A stretch of DNA of 62,885 bases, filler included, from Welwitschia mirabilis (Eukaryota): NCBI GenBank assembly GCA_051453625.1. It is 4 parts of one record of this genome, joined end to end, with 100 filler letters (N's around TTAATTAATTAA, not from the genome) between each part and the next. Parts side by side here need not be neighbours in the genome. Positions count along the whole stretch, not along the records: positions 1 to 27,519 come from JBOZIK010000001.1; 3 more parts are not named here. One strand, 5' to 3'. Below the pieces are notes generated by a model. That model searched no databases and was not told the DNA's origin. It worked only from the letters and a program-made list of their open reading frames with translations. Shown here in pieces: positions 12,201-24,639 of this stretch. Position numbers and translations under genes: made by a program. Position 1 is the first letter of the stretch, and the number at the start of each line of letters is the position of its first letter.

Positions 12201-13039
12201 CCAACTAAGTAACAATAAGTAGCATCTCTTAAATCTCAACTTAACATCTTAATTATTGATACTTTGTGAGTTGAGATATTAGCTAGATCTTAGACACGTA
12301 TATCATGTGCATTTTATTCTATCTGTTTTTTTAAAGATATGGTGATCTTATGTTGACATTAGCTATAAAAGGTCTCAAAGTTTGTATTTTTTAAGAAAGA
12401 CATCTTTGAAGTTGTAAATGTCTAAGTTGAAGATGCCTTTGATGCTGCAGATGTCTTTTGAGTAGGCTCCTTTGGGTTATGTAGACATCTTTATAGGTTA
12501 AGTATCCTTTTATTATTTTTATTTATTTTCAAAATAGTTGTTTTTATTATTGTAAAAATCTTTTTCACACTTAGGTAACTATTTAAATTTTTATCAATAA
12601 ACATCTTTATATTTAGTTAATATCTACTTTCATCATTTTTGACATCTTTCAAGTAGTAGATGTCTTTAATGTAATGCATTAGAAATTTAAAAACACGCCA
12701 AAAATGAGGCTTCAACTCATTTTTAAGTAGGAAAGGAATCATCAACCCTTATTTTCAGTTTTTCACTCATCAACTATCCCCATCAGAGTGCTTTTGAGCC
12801 TTTCTTTTTTCAAATATCCCAGCATAGATGTCTTTGAGTTGAAAGAAGTTTACATAGTAGGTAAATCAAGTGCTATTTCTTTAACAAGTGCTCTTTTTTT
12901 TGAATTCTTTTAAATATTCTATTAGAATTTAATTCTTTTAGTCTCTTACTCTTAAATTGGTGAGTATAAAGCCCTATTATGTTTAAAAGAAAAGGAACTT
13001 GCTATTAAAACATAAATACCTTAGTATAAACCATAATTT

Positions 13040-15500
13040 TATTATGAATTAGTAGCAAAATTGTTTAAAAGATGGGTCAAAAACTCTATTATTATAGAAA
13101 GGACCCTTGGTTTTCAGAAACACAAGAAAGATTAAATACTTTCTTACTTCTCTTATCTTGATTGTAATATGATAGTTTTGCTAGAATAAAGCATTCAAAA
13201 CCCAGTAGTTCATGAGTTCTATGCCAACATCCGTGAAATAGATAATGCTACTGACACGTTTCAGATCCAAGTAAGAGGTATTTCTTTCTTTCTCACTTCT
13301 ATATTTGTTAATTTTATACTTGGCATAGATGATTCAGAGCTTTCTTAGTTGTTTATGCATTCCTTTAAGGATATCTTCACATATTTCTTATTANNNNNNN
13401 NNNNNNNNNNNNNNNNNNNNNNNNNNNNNNNNNNNNNNNNNNNNNNNNNNNNNNNNNNNNNNNNNNNNNNNNNNNNNNNNNNNNNNNNNNNNNNNNNNNN
13501 NNNNNNNNNNNNNNNNNNNNNNNNNNNNNNNNNNNNNNNNNNNNNNNNNNNNNNNNNNNNNNNNNNNNNNNNNNNNNNNNNNNNNNNNNNNNNNNNNNNN
13601 NNNNNNNNNNNNNNNNNNNNNNNNNNNNNNNNNNNNNNNNNNNNNNNNNNNNNNNNNNNNNNNNNNNNNNNNNNNNNNNNNNNNNNNNNNNNNNNNNNNN
13701 NNNNNNNNNNNNNNNNNNNNNNNNNNNNNNNNNNNNNNNNNNNNNNNNNNNNNNNNNNNNNNNNNNNNNNNNNNNNNNNNNNNNNNNNNNNNNNNNNNNN
13801 NNNNNNNNNNNNNNNNNNNNNNNNNNNNNNNNNNNNNNNNNNNNNNNNNNNNNNNNNNNNNNNNNNNNNNNNNNNNNNNNNNNNNNNNNNNNNNNNNNNN
13901 NNNNNNNNNNNNNNNNNNNNNNNNNNNNNNNNNNNNNNNNNNNNNNNNNNNNNNNNNNNNNNNNNNNNNNNNNNNNNNNNNNNNNNNNNNNNNNNNNNNN
14001 NNNNNNNNNNNNNNNNNNNNNNNNNNNNNNNNNNNNNNNNNNNNNNNNNNNNNNNNNNNNNNNNNNNNNNNNNNNNNNNNNNNNNNNNNNNNNNNNNNNN
14101 NNNNNNNNNNNNNNNNNNNNNNNNNNNNNNNNNNNNNNNNNNNNNNNNNNNNNNNNNNNNNNNNNNNNNNNNNNNNNNNNNNNNNNNNNNNNNNNNNNNN
14201 NNNNNNNNNNNNNNNNNNNNNNNNNNNNNNNNNNCATAGATGATTCAGAGCTTTCTTAGTTGTTTATGCATTACTTTAAGGATATCTTCACATATTTCTT
14301 ATTAAGATTTTATGATGTCTATTAAGCAATGTTATTTTTGGGCATGAAAAAATGAATTTTTATGAGAATGAAGAATGTGAGGGTATAGTACTTGATGCAT
14401 TAATTTTGATATTGATTACATTTTACAATATTATCATTCACAAAGGTATCTACAATTACTGTAATCCTGTGTAAACACTTGTAGTATACTACCTTTTTAT
14501 AAAAGTTAAAATAAATCTTAGTCTCATATTATGCATGGATATTATTACCCTCTTTTGTAAGGATCATACTTTGGGTCATTCCTATTTAATAGCCTAATAA
14601 TTAGTAATGCGGATGTATTATTTTCATAAATTAATGTTATTTGGCGTAAAAACCCTCTTTCAAAGTTCATAAAAAGCAGCATGCTCCATTATAGGTAGGG
14701 AACAACATAAGCAAAAATCCTTCTAAGGCATAATTTTAGAGATCTAATTTCACACCTATTCATAGTTAATCATTAGTAAAGAAGGGTTTGAGAGTGATTG
14801 CAAATATGATTAGCAAGATTGACAAAATATTTTGAGATTAACAAAGCATAGATACATTGCCAACAAGTGGGAGGCACCTATAAGTAGTTGGGAATTCATG
14901 AGGATTTTTACATGGTTTAATTTAAATAATAAGTTTGAGGTGGAGGTACCAACCACACCTCCTATTACAAGTTACAAATTTGATAGAGTAAAGGATTTAG
15001 ATACTTTAAAGTCCATAGAGAAAGAGTCACACTTTCAGGGAAAGCATCAGGTTTTATCATAGGCTTTAGCATAGGCTCATAGAAAGCAACAGGTAGACTT
15101 AGAGAGCTCAGCTGATGAGCCATTTATCTTTCATAGGCCTCCTCGTAAGCCATCCATTTACTATTCCATGAAACCATCTTCACCACCTCATGTACCTTCA
15201 TCACCTTATATATACCATTACCACCTCACCTTCCATCATCACCACCACTCACATTTCCCATTCACGCATCACCTCTTAGTACTATTCCACCCTTTGTATT
15301 TGGTTTTGCTTATATCATCACCATTAATATCTTTACTACATCCATCACTTCTCAGATGTACTCTCATAAGAGGAAGACAGTAGTCTCAGCGTCATGATGA
15401 GACATTGTAGCAGTCGTCATGGAAATGGCATATGCCTTCATCTACATCATTATCCTTCTACATGATCTAAACTTTAATCACTAGAGATAATAAAAATAAC
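13040..15500 (+). pseudogene. env-like extra ORF remnant of element B
   Basis: FKRWVKNSIIIERT (~13064) and PVVHEFYANI...FQIQVRG (~13201-13280) match the FYxN motif of element A's ORF. Pro/His/Ser-rich 3' part at 15120-15470. Contains an 841-N gap. Boundaries are approximate. Confidence 0.6.
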
Positions 15501-16013
15501 AACGATGAAATTAGGGATGGTACTCAGTACACTAATGATTTAACCTTTAATTACTAGTTCCTTTTGTGTTGTCCAAAAAAGAGAAGAAGATGGCAAATTA
15601 GATTAGATCATATTAGACATCTTATATGAGTTTAGAGGATGTAAACTTAAAATGGTTGGTTAGACTTATTGTGAGTGACATCATTGTTGATGCTCAATTC
15701 CATGTGTTGGCATACATATCCTAATGATTTAATTATTTTTATTATTATTTATTAGTTGTTGAACTGCTTTTGTATTCAATGTAAATTGTATTGACATGTA
15801 TCTAGCAATTTAATATATTAGTAGTACTTCTTGTTTACTATCTTGTAATGATTATCAATGTGTTTTTTAAATGATTTTACTTTGTGAAATTTTTAAAATG
15901 CTTCATGTAATATACTATGATTCATCTTGAATTAATGTTATCTCAAGTATTTATGAACATAATTTTACTAATAAGATTTAGCAAGTTTTGGATATCATCA
16001 AAAAGAGGAAGAT

Positions 16014-16443
16014 TATTAGTAGAATTCCATTTTTAATGATTCCACTTATCAAATGATGTATGTTATATGTAAATAGAATATTGGAGAACATATAAATTAA
16101 AAGTAGAAATTAAACTAGCCAAAACTCAAGGCTTAAAGTTCACAGAATCTCTAGCACAAAGTTTATAAATGGTAGACAAAGTTGATTGAAGATGTCTACA
16201 AATCTAAAAACATTTATGTTAAAGACATTTATTACCTTGAAGATGTCTAGGCTAAATCTAAAGCTTAGAAAGATAAAAGGAATCTATCTTAATAAAGAAA
16301 TCTATACTAAATCAAAAAGATGAGATAGGTAAAAAAAATCTAATAAATTGAAGGTGTTTATACTACTTTAACTGTTAGAAGATCTATACTAAATTGAAGA
16401 TGTTTATGCTTAACTAAAAAAGATAACAAATGTTAATTGTACC
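16014..16443 (+). repeat. 5' part of the 3' LTR of element B, truncated by insertion
   Basis: Follows the PPT and starts TATTAG (TG>TA). Carries the same AGATGTCT/AGACATYT motif array as the internal 12390-12840 region and ends where an unrelated LTR begins. Confidence 0.65.
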
Positions 16444-17742
16444 TGATCATAATTTATAGTGATCTAAATTTAAAACTAAGTTAAAAACTTAGTTATCATT
16501 CTTTCATAGGGATAATCTAGTAGGCTAAGCAAAAATTACACTATCTCTTACTAACTTGCAAGTTACTAGAAAAAAATAAAAGAAAATTAGAAAGGAAAAC
16601 AAAAGAAAAGGGAAAGAAGAGGAAGTAGAAAATGTTTTTTAAACTTCATTTAAAAAAGTGAGAAGTAAGAAAGCTTCAAGTATGTCCAATTCATCCACCT
16701 ACAATTTCTCACTTGATCATATGCAATAGTAACATAAAATAAACTTTAGAACATTAAGTGTAAAAGCTTGAATGATAATGACATAATCTCATTTTCCATT
16801 TGAGTATTGATAAATTTGATAGTCACTGATCTTACATCTTTATAATAAAAATAAAAAGCATGAACTAACTATATCTAAGATCCATGAAACTACTAAGACT
16901 ATGAACTAATTAACTAATCAAATTCACTCAGTTGACCAAAGTAAAACTTGATAGTGAATTATCCCTTAAGTATTCCTAGTATACAATGAAAGGAAACTAA
17001 TAATCAAAAGGAAATAACTCTTTAGTATTAAATCAAGTAAAATGCACATTATATCAAAGATGAAATAAAGTAAAAAGGATTTTAAAAGCTCCTTGAAACA
17101 AGATCAGTTCCCAAGAAAGTACTTAAAAGGCTGTTAGGCCTTAATACTCTCAAGGTTTCATGCTTTATCCCAAATAAAGGATGTTTACAAATAAGATTTC
17201 AAGGTCCTTTTATAGATGAGGCTAGAGTTCAGGTGGTTGAGAGCTTTTGGATTGTAGCATTAGGTAAAATCTTCATCATTTAGCATTTGATAGATAAGAT
17301 TATGTCCTATAGCATTTGATGGATGTTGTTTTATAGCATTTAGTGGAGATTATCATATAGTATTAGGTGGAATCTCCATTCTGATAAGTTCAACATGTGT
17401 CCTTTGGAGCTAAATTTATCTACCAACTAATGCTATCACCACATGTCTCCAATGCCACCTCCACATGCCTTTGTTACATGTCTTTCAATGTTATTACTAC
17501 TTGTCATCAACTTATGTCTCCTTTGCCACTATTGTTTGGTATGGAATTATGTACATCTGTACTATGTATTCAAAAACATGGCTAAAGATCTGCAATTATT
17601 ATAGAGAAAAGTATGATACTAAATTTTATTTTTAAAAATAATAGAAGACATACTTTATGGTTAAAAAATTAAATTAATGTATTCATTTATAATAATTAGA
17701 TTTGAAATACTTAATATAAATGTTAATTTTTATATATTAACA
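16444..17742 (-). repeat. 3' LTR of minus-strand Athila-type element (~1.3 kb)
   Basis: TGATCA...TTAACA; aligns with 21264-22168; minus-strand TATA (+ strand CCTTTTATAG at ~17205). Confidence 0.75.
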
Positions 17743-20700
17743 CATCCCCTAATCAGACTTTTACTAGTGCCTCAATAAAATGTTGATAACAACATGGTTA
17801 AGCATAAAAAAAATATCTAAGTTAAAGTTATCAAGTGTGCGAATGATATAACTTTGAAAAATTTCATGACCAATCTTTATAATTAAGGCATCAAAAACAA
17901 AAGTTTAAGGAAACCAGATGTCATATCCCTCAATCAAAACTAAACTTTGTCTTTAAAATTTATAATAAAAAGTGTTTAATACATTTGAGGAAATAGCCCT
18001 AAAAAGATGTTGACAAGTCCTTTTATTGAAAATGATGCAAAACTATTCAAATTAAGCTATGAAAGGGGAAAAAAGAACTAATGCAAAATGATTGTTTGAT
18101 TTCTTCCTAAACATCCTAAAAAAGCTGATTCTAAAAAGTTGATTTGTATGAGGTCGAAATGAGATGACATGGATGATGGAGATGGACAATGAAAATGGAC
18201 CTAATCATTAATGAATAAATAAATAAGTAAACCTACCTAAGTTAATGGCCTTTATTATTTTTTTCAATTTTTTTAGCAGATCTCAAAATCAATTAATTGT
18301 ATTCTCAATCAAGTAACCTATAAAAATTCAAGGAATTACAATAAATCCCAAGTATGATGCTTAAAATACAATAAAACATCAAAAGCCTTTGATTCTTATC
18401 TTTTTCTTCTCTTTATTTTTCATTCCTACTAGCGTATTTGCCCTTAGTTCAATCCTTTGAATCACATTGAGTATCCAGTGTTATGACATCTCTCTCCAAT
18501 AGAAGTAGGCATGTTAATGTATGAAGAAGTTAGTGTTGCATTACCAGTGAGTGTCCATGGCCCTAATGCATTAACTAAATCAAATTAAATGATTCATAAA
18601 ATGTGAATTTGGAGAAGAGATATTTAATTTTCTTTTATTTTTCTACTCATATTTAATTTTTATGCACATTATAGGGGTCATTGGCTCATTAGCCTAATCA
18701 AAATAAATCTTATCCCCATCAAAAGCTTTAAACTTAAGAAACATGAATGAAGGTAGATTCCACTTTTTTAACTAAAATTTGCCAAAATTAGTAACCTAAG
18801 TGAATGGTCTCTTAACCATTACACTTGAAATAAGTGTAACTCTTCCTTAAAACCCATAAGTGAACTTAATCGCAACCATTACTTAAATGATAGGGAGATC
18901 ATTTATTATTGATTTTTGTTTAAGGGCCATTAGCCTAGGTCTATTAGTCTTATAAATTCATATATGAATGGCTAGAATGAATGGTTTACAAGCTTAGTAG
19001 AATCATTAGGAAATGGAAGAGATGAATTGAGGGGCTTAAGTAAAATGACTCTGGGATTTCTTAACTAAAAAGGTATAAGGCAACGATTGTATAGATGGTA
19101 GTGCTTATGAGGTTTTAGATGAGACATACCATCAAAAACACATGTTTTTAAGTCTTTCATTTTTTCCCAAAATAAATTTATCCTAAAATAAAACTCTAAC
19201 CTAAAAGATAAAAATTCTCTAATGTGATATATGTGTGAAAGATCAAGAGTGTGGAAATAATTATTAAAAAATTAAAAGCTTTACACAATGTTTTAAAGTG
19301 GAAGGGAATGCATGTAGATTTTTATGCATGAATCTATGAATTTCAAAGAACATTAGCATAGGAAGAAACATTTTTATGTTTAAGATTAATAGTAGTCCAT
19401 CATTTAGCTTGTTTATGTTTACTCAACAACTCTTACAAGATATTATTTTGGGAAGAAGACAAAAATGAATTGGAAATTACTTGACAAGGTAAGTGTTCAT
19501 TAGAAGAATTAATGTTTTTTAAAGTTGGTTACAATTCTACAGAAGTTTTAACTTCTTTATTAGGACTTAGGGCTTTCTTAGTAAATAAAGGTAAAGATGA
19601 GATGATTGACTCATGAAGTTGTTAAGAGGAGTTTTTTTAGGAGGTATTGAACATGGGATTTTTACTAATGTTCTTTTCCTTCTTAAAATTTCTTCTTATG
19701 TGATTGCTTAAGCAACAATAGTTGTGCTTCAATGTTTCTTTTTTGATATTACTTAATGACACATCCTTTTATGTAAAAATATCTAAGGTATATCCTTACT
19801 CATATGATTGTTCATCTTTTAAATTACCCTTGACATGTTTATTCCTACTTTAAAATATAGATTTCTTATAGATAATTGATCATTTAGTAGTATATTATTA
19901 AACTCAAAATCCTTATAAATTTCCTCATTCATTTCTTCCTCATTACTAATGGATGTGACTTGAGTATCATTGGTTTCAAAATTTTTAAGGCTCTTAAATT
20001 CAAGAACTAGAGGAAGAGCTTCTTGTCACTGATTAAATATTTCCATGATTTGAGCATTAGTCTGAGTTATGTCTTAGATTTTTTGGATTTGGATTTAGAA
20101 GCTTTGTTCAAGATTAGTTATAAAAGAGGATTGTTCTTAAAAACATTTCTCATGGTTTTAGTTAATTTGATTTTGAGCATTTATAAAAGTTTTTACTCTC
20201 TCATCAAAGGGGGTGAATGAAGCATATTGGATGTAGGAAGATGAAGGGTAAAGATTAAATAATGAAGGATAAGGATTATGAGATGTAATAAAAGATGTGA
20301 TATCAAACTCTTATTAAAAATAAGGTGCTTCAAATTTAGGATGGGGGTTTAATTAGTATGTAAAGGGTATTGGATAAATGCATGTGGTAAAGGGTAAGGG
20401 TTGTGGTAGTTGTATTGGATGAAGTCCATTAAGGTTTTATTAGACTAAATGTAACAACTATTTTCATAGGTAAATTAGGGTTCAAAAGTATCTTGAATGA
20501 ATTATACACCCAACTCATGTTAAAATTTTATGAAAATGAAATACAAAATTAATTAAGAGGTTACATTTTCCTAAATTATTAAGTTTTTAAAGAAGGCCCA
20601 ATATCTAAAGTGTTTTATCAAGATGAGAAAAGGACTTTTAATAAGTCTAAAAGTATTCTGCATAAAATAGTAGGAAGCCCCATTCAAGGAATGCAGTGAC

Positions 20701-21240
20701 ACCAATCTAGGTGAGTTTTTCAGTTATAAAAAAAATACATCATTTCACAAATGTCTTATGCATTAAATAAAACTACAAAATCATAAAAAAACCAAAATAG
20801 AAATAAAAACATGAGCATACACTAAATCTAAGCATAATAAAAATTTATTAAAAATTTCAAGATTTTTAGTTTTTTTTTTAACAGTGATCTCATACAAAGA
20901 AGCAGAATTAAAATGCAGAAAATTTAAAAGCACAAAAATTGAGTTAATTTTTTATTTTTATATTCCTAGGTTACAACTTACACATAAATTCATTAGGCTT
21001 ACAACCAAATCAAGTTAGAGTAAATAAACTAAAGAAAAACTCAAAATAGAATTAGTTCACTAAAATGACCAGTACCACCCACTAGAAATAAAAATAAACA
21101 AATACACAAAAGAAAGCGAAAAAGGACCAGTTTAGATATCACTAGAGAGGACAATATCAACTACTAAAAAATTAAAATATAACTAAAAATTTATAAGAAA
21201 TAAAAATTTGTGCTCTTTCTTAGTAGTTCCTATGCCATTA

Positions 21241-21258
21241 TCCCTGGCAATGAAACCA
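21241..21258 (-). promoter_or_regulatory. Primer-binding site, tRNA-Asp type (degenerate)
   Basis: Minus strand TGGTTTCATTGCCAGGGA versus Athila consensus TGGCGCCGTTGCCGGGGA (13/18), directly next to the LTR end. Confidence 0.7.
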
Positions 21259-21263
21259 CAATT

Positions 21264-22168
21264 TTATCATAGTTTATAGTGATACAGATTTAAAACTAAG
21301 TTAAAAACTTAGTTATCATTCTTTCATAAGGATAATTGGGGTAGGATAAGCAAAAATTACAATAACTCTTGATAACTTATAAGTTACAAAAAGAAATAAA
21401 AAGAAAAGGGAAAGAAGAGGGAGTTGAGAAATGTTTTTAAAACTTTGTTTAGAAAAGTGGGAAGTAAGATTCATCCTCTTATAATTCCTCACTTGGCCAT
21501 ATGCAATACTAATTCCAAACAAACTTTAGACCATCAAGTGTAAAAGCTTGAGTCATGGTGACAGAATCTCATTTACCATTTGAGTGTTGATAAATTTGAC
21601 AATTATTGATCACACAACCTTATAATAAAAATGGCAAGTATGAACTAATTATGTGCAAGATCCATGGAACTATTAAGATTATGAACCAATTAACTAATCA
21701 AATTTAACCAAAGTTAAACATAATAGTGCATTATCCCTTAAGTACTCCTAGTACAAAATGAAATGAAATTAACAATAAAATAGAAATAACTCTTTAGTAT
21801 TGAATTATGTAAAGTATACATTACATCAAAGATGAAAGAAATTAAAAAGACTCCTTAAGATCCTTTAAACACATCCATTTCTTGAGGAAGTACTGATAAG
21901 GCCATTATGCCTTAATGCTCCAAATTTTTTGTGCTTTATCCTAAACAAAGGATGTTTACAAATGATGGTTTAAGGACCTTTTATAGGTGATGATAGGGTT
22001 GAGCTGATTGAGAGCTTTTGGCTTATAGCATTAGGTAGAATTTTTATCATTTATCATTTGGTAGACAAGATTCTGTCCTATAGCATTTGGATTTGGATTC
22101 CTCTACCAACTGATGCTATTGCCACATGTCTCGAATGCACCTCCACATGCCTCTACCATATGTCTTCA
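21264..22168 (-). repeat. 5' LTR of minus-strand Athila-type element, truncated on the right
   Basis: Shares blocks such as TTTAAAACTAAGTTAAAAACTTAGTTATCATTCTTTCATA with 16444+. Homology stops at ~22168. Confidence 0.8.
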
Positions 22169-22169
22169 C

Positions 22170-23010
22170 TAACAAATAGTATACATGAATAGAAATGTTA
22201 TTTTTCAGTCACAGAAATGCACCTAGTCATTTGGACAACACCAAGTTGATGACACTCAGGTGTTACACTAAGAAGACATGTGAAGAACAATTAGTTGTTA
22301 CAAGAGAAGATTACATATCATTAACCTAATTGTCTAAATAATACCTAGTAGGATGACAATTCTAATGAATGTAAAATGTATTCTATCCATTATGAAGTTA
22401 GTGATATGATTACTCTTAGTTAGTTAGTATTTGGTAACTTAAACCACCAATCCAAAACTATAAATATCACTCTTAGATTTACCATTTCTTATCTTTCATG
22501 CATCACTTATTCTTATGATGAGTTAGAGTTCAATTCAGTAAGGAATCCATCTAGGTTAGGAAAGGAGCTTACCTTGGTCTTAGGCTATGTTTCCTCCATT
22601 GAGGGATGACTACTTCTAAGTTGATGTAAGAGTATTATAACTAATAAAAAATCATTTTGTTTCTACTACTTTCTCTTGTATCTTTTTTATAGTTTATGTT
22701 AGTTGTAATTAAAGTGACATTAATTTGTAATTGATATAGATTATAAGGACCAATCTAGGTGATAATAGATTGGTTAACTTGGTTAGTAAACTACATTTAG
22801 AATTTCATTTCATTATTGTATTTCATTTAGATTGCATTGTCATTTAATTATCATTCTGATATTAGAAGAAGAAATTCATTTAAATTCCTTTTTGAATGAA
22901 AAAATTTTCTAGATGTACATAGATTTCCTCTCTAGAGTATAACATTAGGCTAAATTCCTATACTAGTGTGTATTAGTATGAATTGAATATTAAGATTATA
23001 GTTTATTATT
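22170..23010 (+). repeat. Truncated LTR fragment related to the LTR at 48223-49492
   Basis: Shared blocks in the same order: GGCTATGTTTCCTCCATTGAGG ~ GGTTATGTATTCTTCATTGAGG; GATTATAAGGACCAAT ~ GATTATAAGGGTCAAT; GTATAACATTAGGCTAAATTCCTATACTAGTGTG ~ TTATAACATTTGGGTTTACTTCTATAC..CTAGTATG. CTATAAATA at 22458. Confidence 0.6.
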
Positions 23011-23399
23011 AAAGATGATTAGTTGAAGAATAAAAGCACATGATTTAAACTCCAAAATTAGTGATTACATTCTTCTTTGATGTAGCTTTGATTTTTTTGC
23101 AAGGGATCTAACAATAATTTATAGTATGATCTTGTCTTCCACATCAAAAACATTGATATGTATTCTACTATAGAGTAGCATTATTTTGTTGTGGTTTCTT
23201 CTTTGTCTGAGACTTATAATATTGAGGAGGTAGATTTACTTGCTATTTCTGAGGAGATTTATCCTTATCATGATGTTTGATATTAGAAGGATATTTGCTT
23301 GAAGACTATTTGTTAAAATGTAATCCACTATGAGGATGTAACACTTTGAAGGTAGCTTCAGAGGATGTGGTACCAACAATGTTGAATTACACCTCAATA

Positions 23400-24339
23400 G
23401 CTATAAGATCTTTACTAAATGTGTTAAAGTAATTTGGGATAGTTTCCTACTTCCATGTAGCAACATGATGTAGTTACGTAAAGATTAATCCTCTAAACAA
23501 CATCACCATCACTAGAAGCGATCATTGCTAAAATATCCTTTTTCTTCTTACTTTCATCTTTTTTTAAGCTTGATCCTTTTTGAAATTTTTGCATACTTAT
23601 TAAAATGCCTAGGTTTTATACAATAATAAGAAGTGATCCCCTTATGGCTTTGGTATTTCTCCCTACTTTCACAAGGATCTCTATTATTTCTTTTCTAAGG
23701 CTTTCTGCTCTTGGATCTTCCTCTTCTTTGTGTAACAAGTGCATTAGATTTAGAAGATGACTGGCATTTTTTATTTTCTCCTTGCTTATTCATTGATATG
23801 CTATCTTTTTTACCATACTCAAGGTTAACGTCCCAATTTGTGGCTAAATTACTGAGAGATACTATTAAATTTTCCCAACTATCAACTAATGAACTTAATA
23901 AAATTAGTGCTTTACCCTCATCATGTAGCATAAGTTTCATCATCATCAACTGATTTAGTAGCTCTTGGAACTTATTAAAAGGTTTGGCATCACTTTGGTC
24001 ATCTTTGTACTTGAAATTGACAAGCCTCCTTATCATGGATGCTTTATTCTATGCATTCTTGCACTCATACGGGCTCTCCAACTTTATTGAGAGCTGATAG
24101 GCATGTGCCTTTTGTATTGTGTGATGGATACCGCTTAGATTGATCCACTTGCCAAGCAAGCTAGCTACTTTCCTATTGATTCTCTTTCAATCTTTTTCAT
24201 CCATATTATCAAGCTTGATTCCTTCATGTTCTATGGGATCAAATAAATCTTTACAGTAAAGTAAATCTTCCATCATTGTTTTCCATATTGAGTGATTTGA
24301 TGATGTAATCTTAATCATGAAGCTAGAACCTTATTTCAT
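23400..24339 (-). pseudogene. gag: Ty1/copia gag remnant, Tork/Tnt1-like
   Basis: From the ATG at 24339: MK*GSSFMIKITSSNHSIWKTMMEDLLYCKDLFDPI. ORF 23695-24036 reads IRRLVNFKYKD...ALILLSSLVDSWENLIVSLSN...RGRSKSR. Degenerate knuckle ITSYYCIKPRH at ~23605-23637. The pol portion is largely deleted. Confidence 0.85.
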
Positions 24340-24639
24340 TTTAATTTCACAAAAAATAAACACTAACTAACCCACCTTATGCAATTAGGCTAAGAAACTT
24401 CTTCATGCGATTTCTCTTCCGTCAAGCAACAAGCTAACTTGACCTGGCAAACATGAAAAACACTTTTCTTTTCTTCTCTTTCTCCCGTTTTTCTTTCTTC
24501 CCTCTTTAATTTTTTTTTCCTTTTTTTGTACTTTTATGTTCATCACCTCCCTTTCTTCCTTTCTTTCTTTTTATTTTTTTAAATTATAAAATCTAAATGA
24601 CAAACTCTATATCCTTTTACTAAATGAAGCAGAGATTAT

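Larger units (their letters stand above)
9751..16443 (+). mobile_element. Older Sirevirus-like Ty1/copia element B (IN-RT-RH, env-like region, PPTs, partial 3' LTR), interrupted at both ends
   Basis: Resumes mid-integrase right after LTR A, has the same architecture as A but is more decayed. Degenerate PPTs at 15575 and 16000 (CATCAAAAAGAGGAAGATTATTAG versus canonical CATCAAAAAGGGGGAGATTGTTAG). Confidence 0.8.
16444..22168 (-). mobile_element. Athila-type Ty3/gypsy LTR element lacking recognisable pol (non-autonomous or internally deleted)
   Basis: Two direct repeats start at 16444 and 21264. A minus-strand tRNA-Asp-type PBS lies next to the right repeat and a PPT-like TTAGGGGATG next to the left repeat (~17743-17752). 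No RT/IN motifs were seen in the ~3.5-kb interior. Confidence 0.75.

Noticed and set aside
15168..15383. His/Pro-rich 71-aa ORF resembling a metal-binding or extensin-like peptide
   Set aside because: Low-complexity CAY/CCN sequence within the decayed tail of element B's env-like region, with no independent gene structure.
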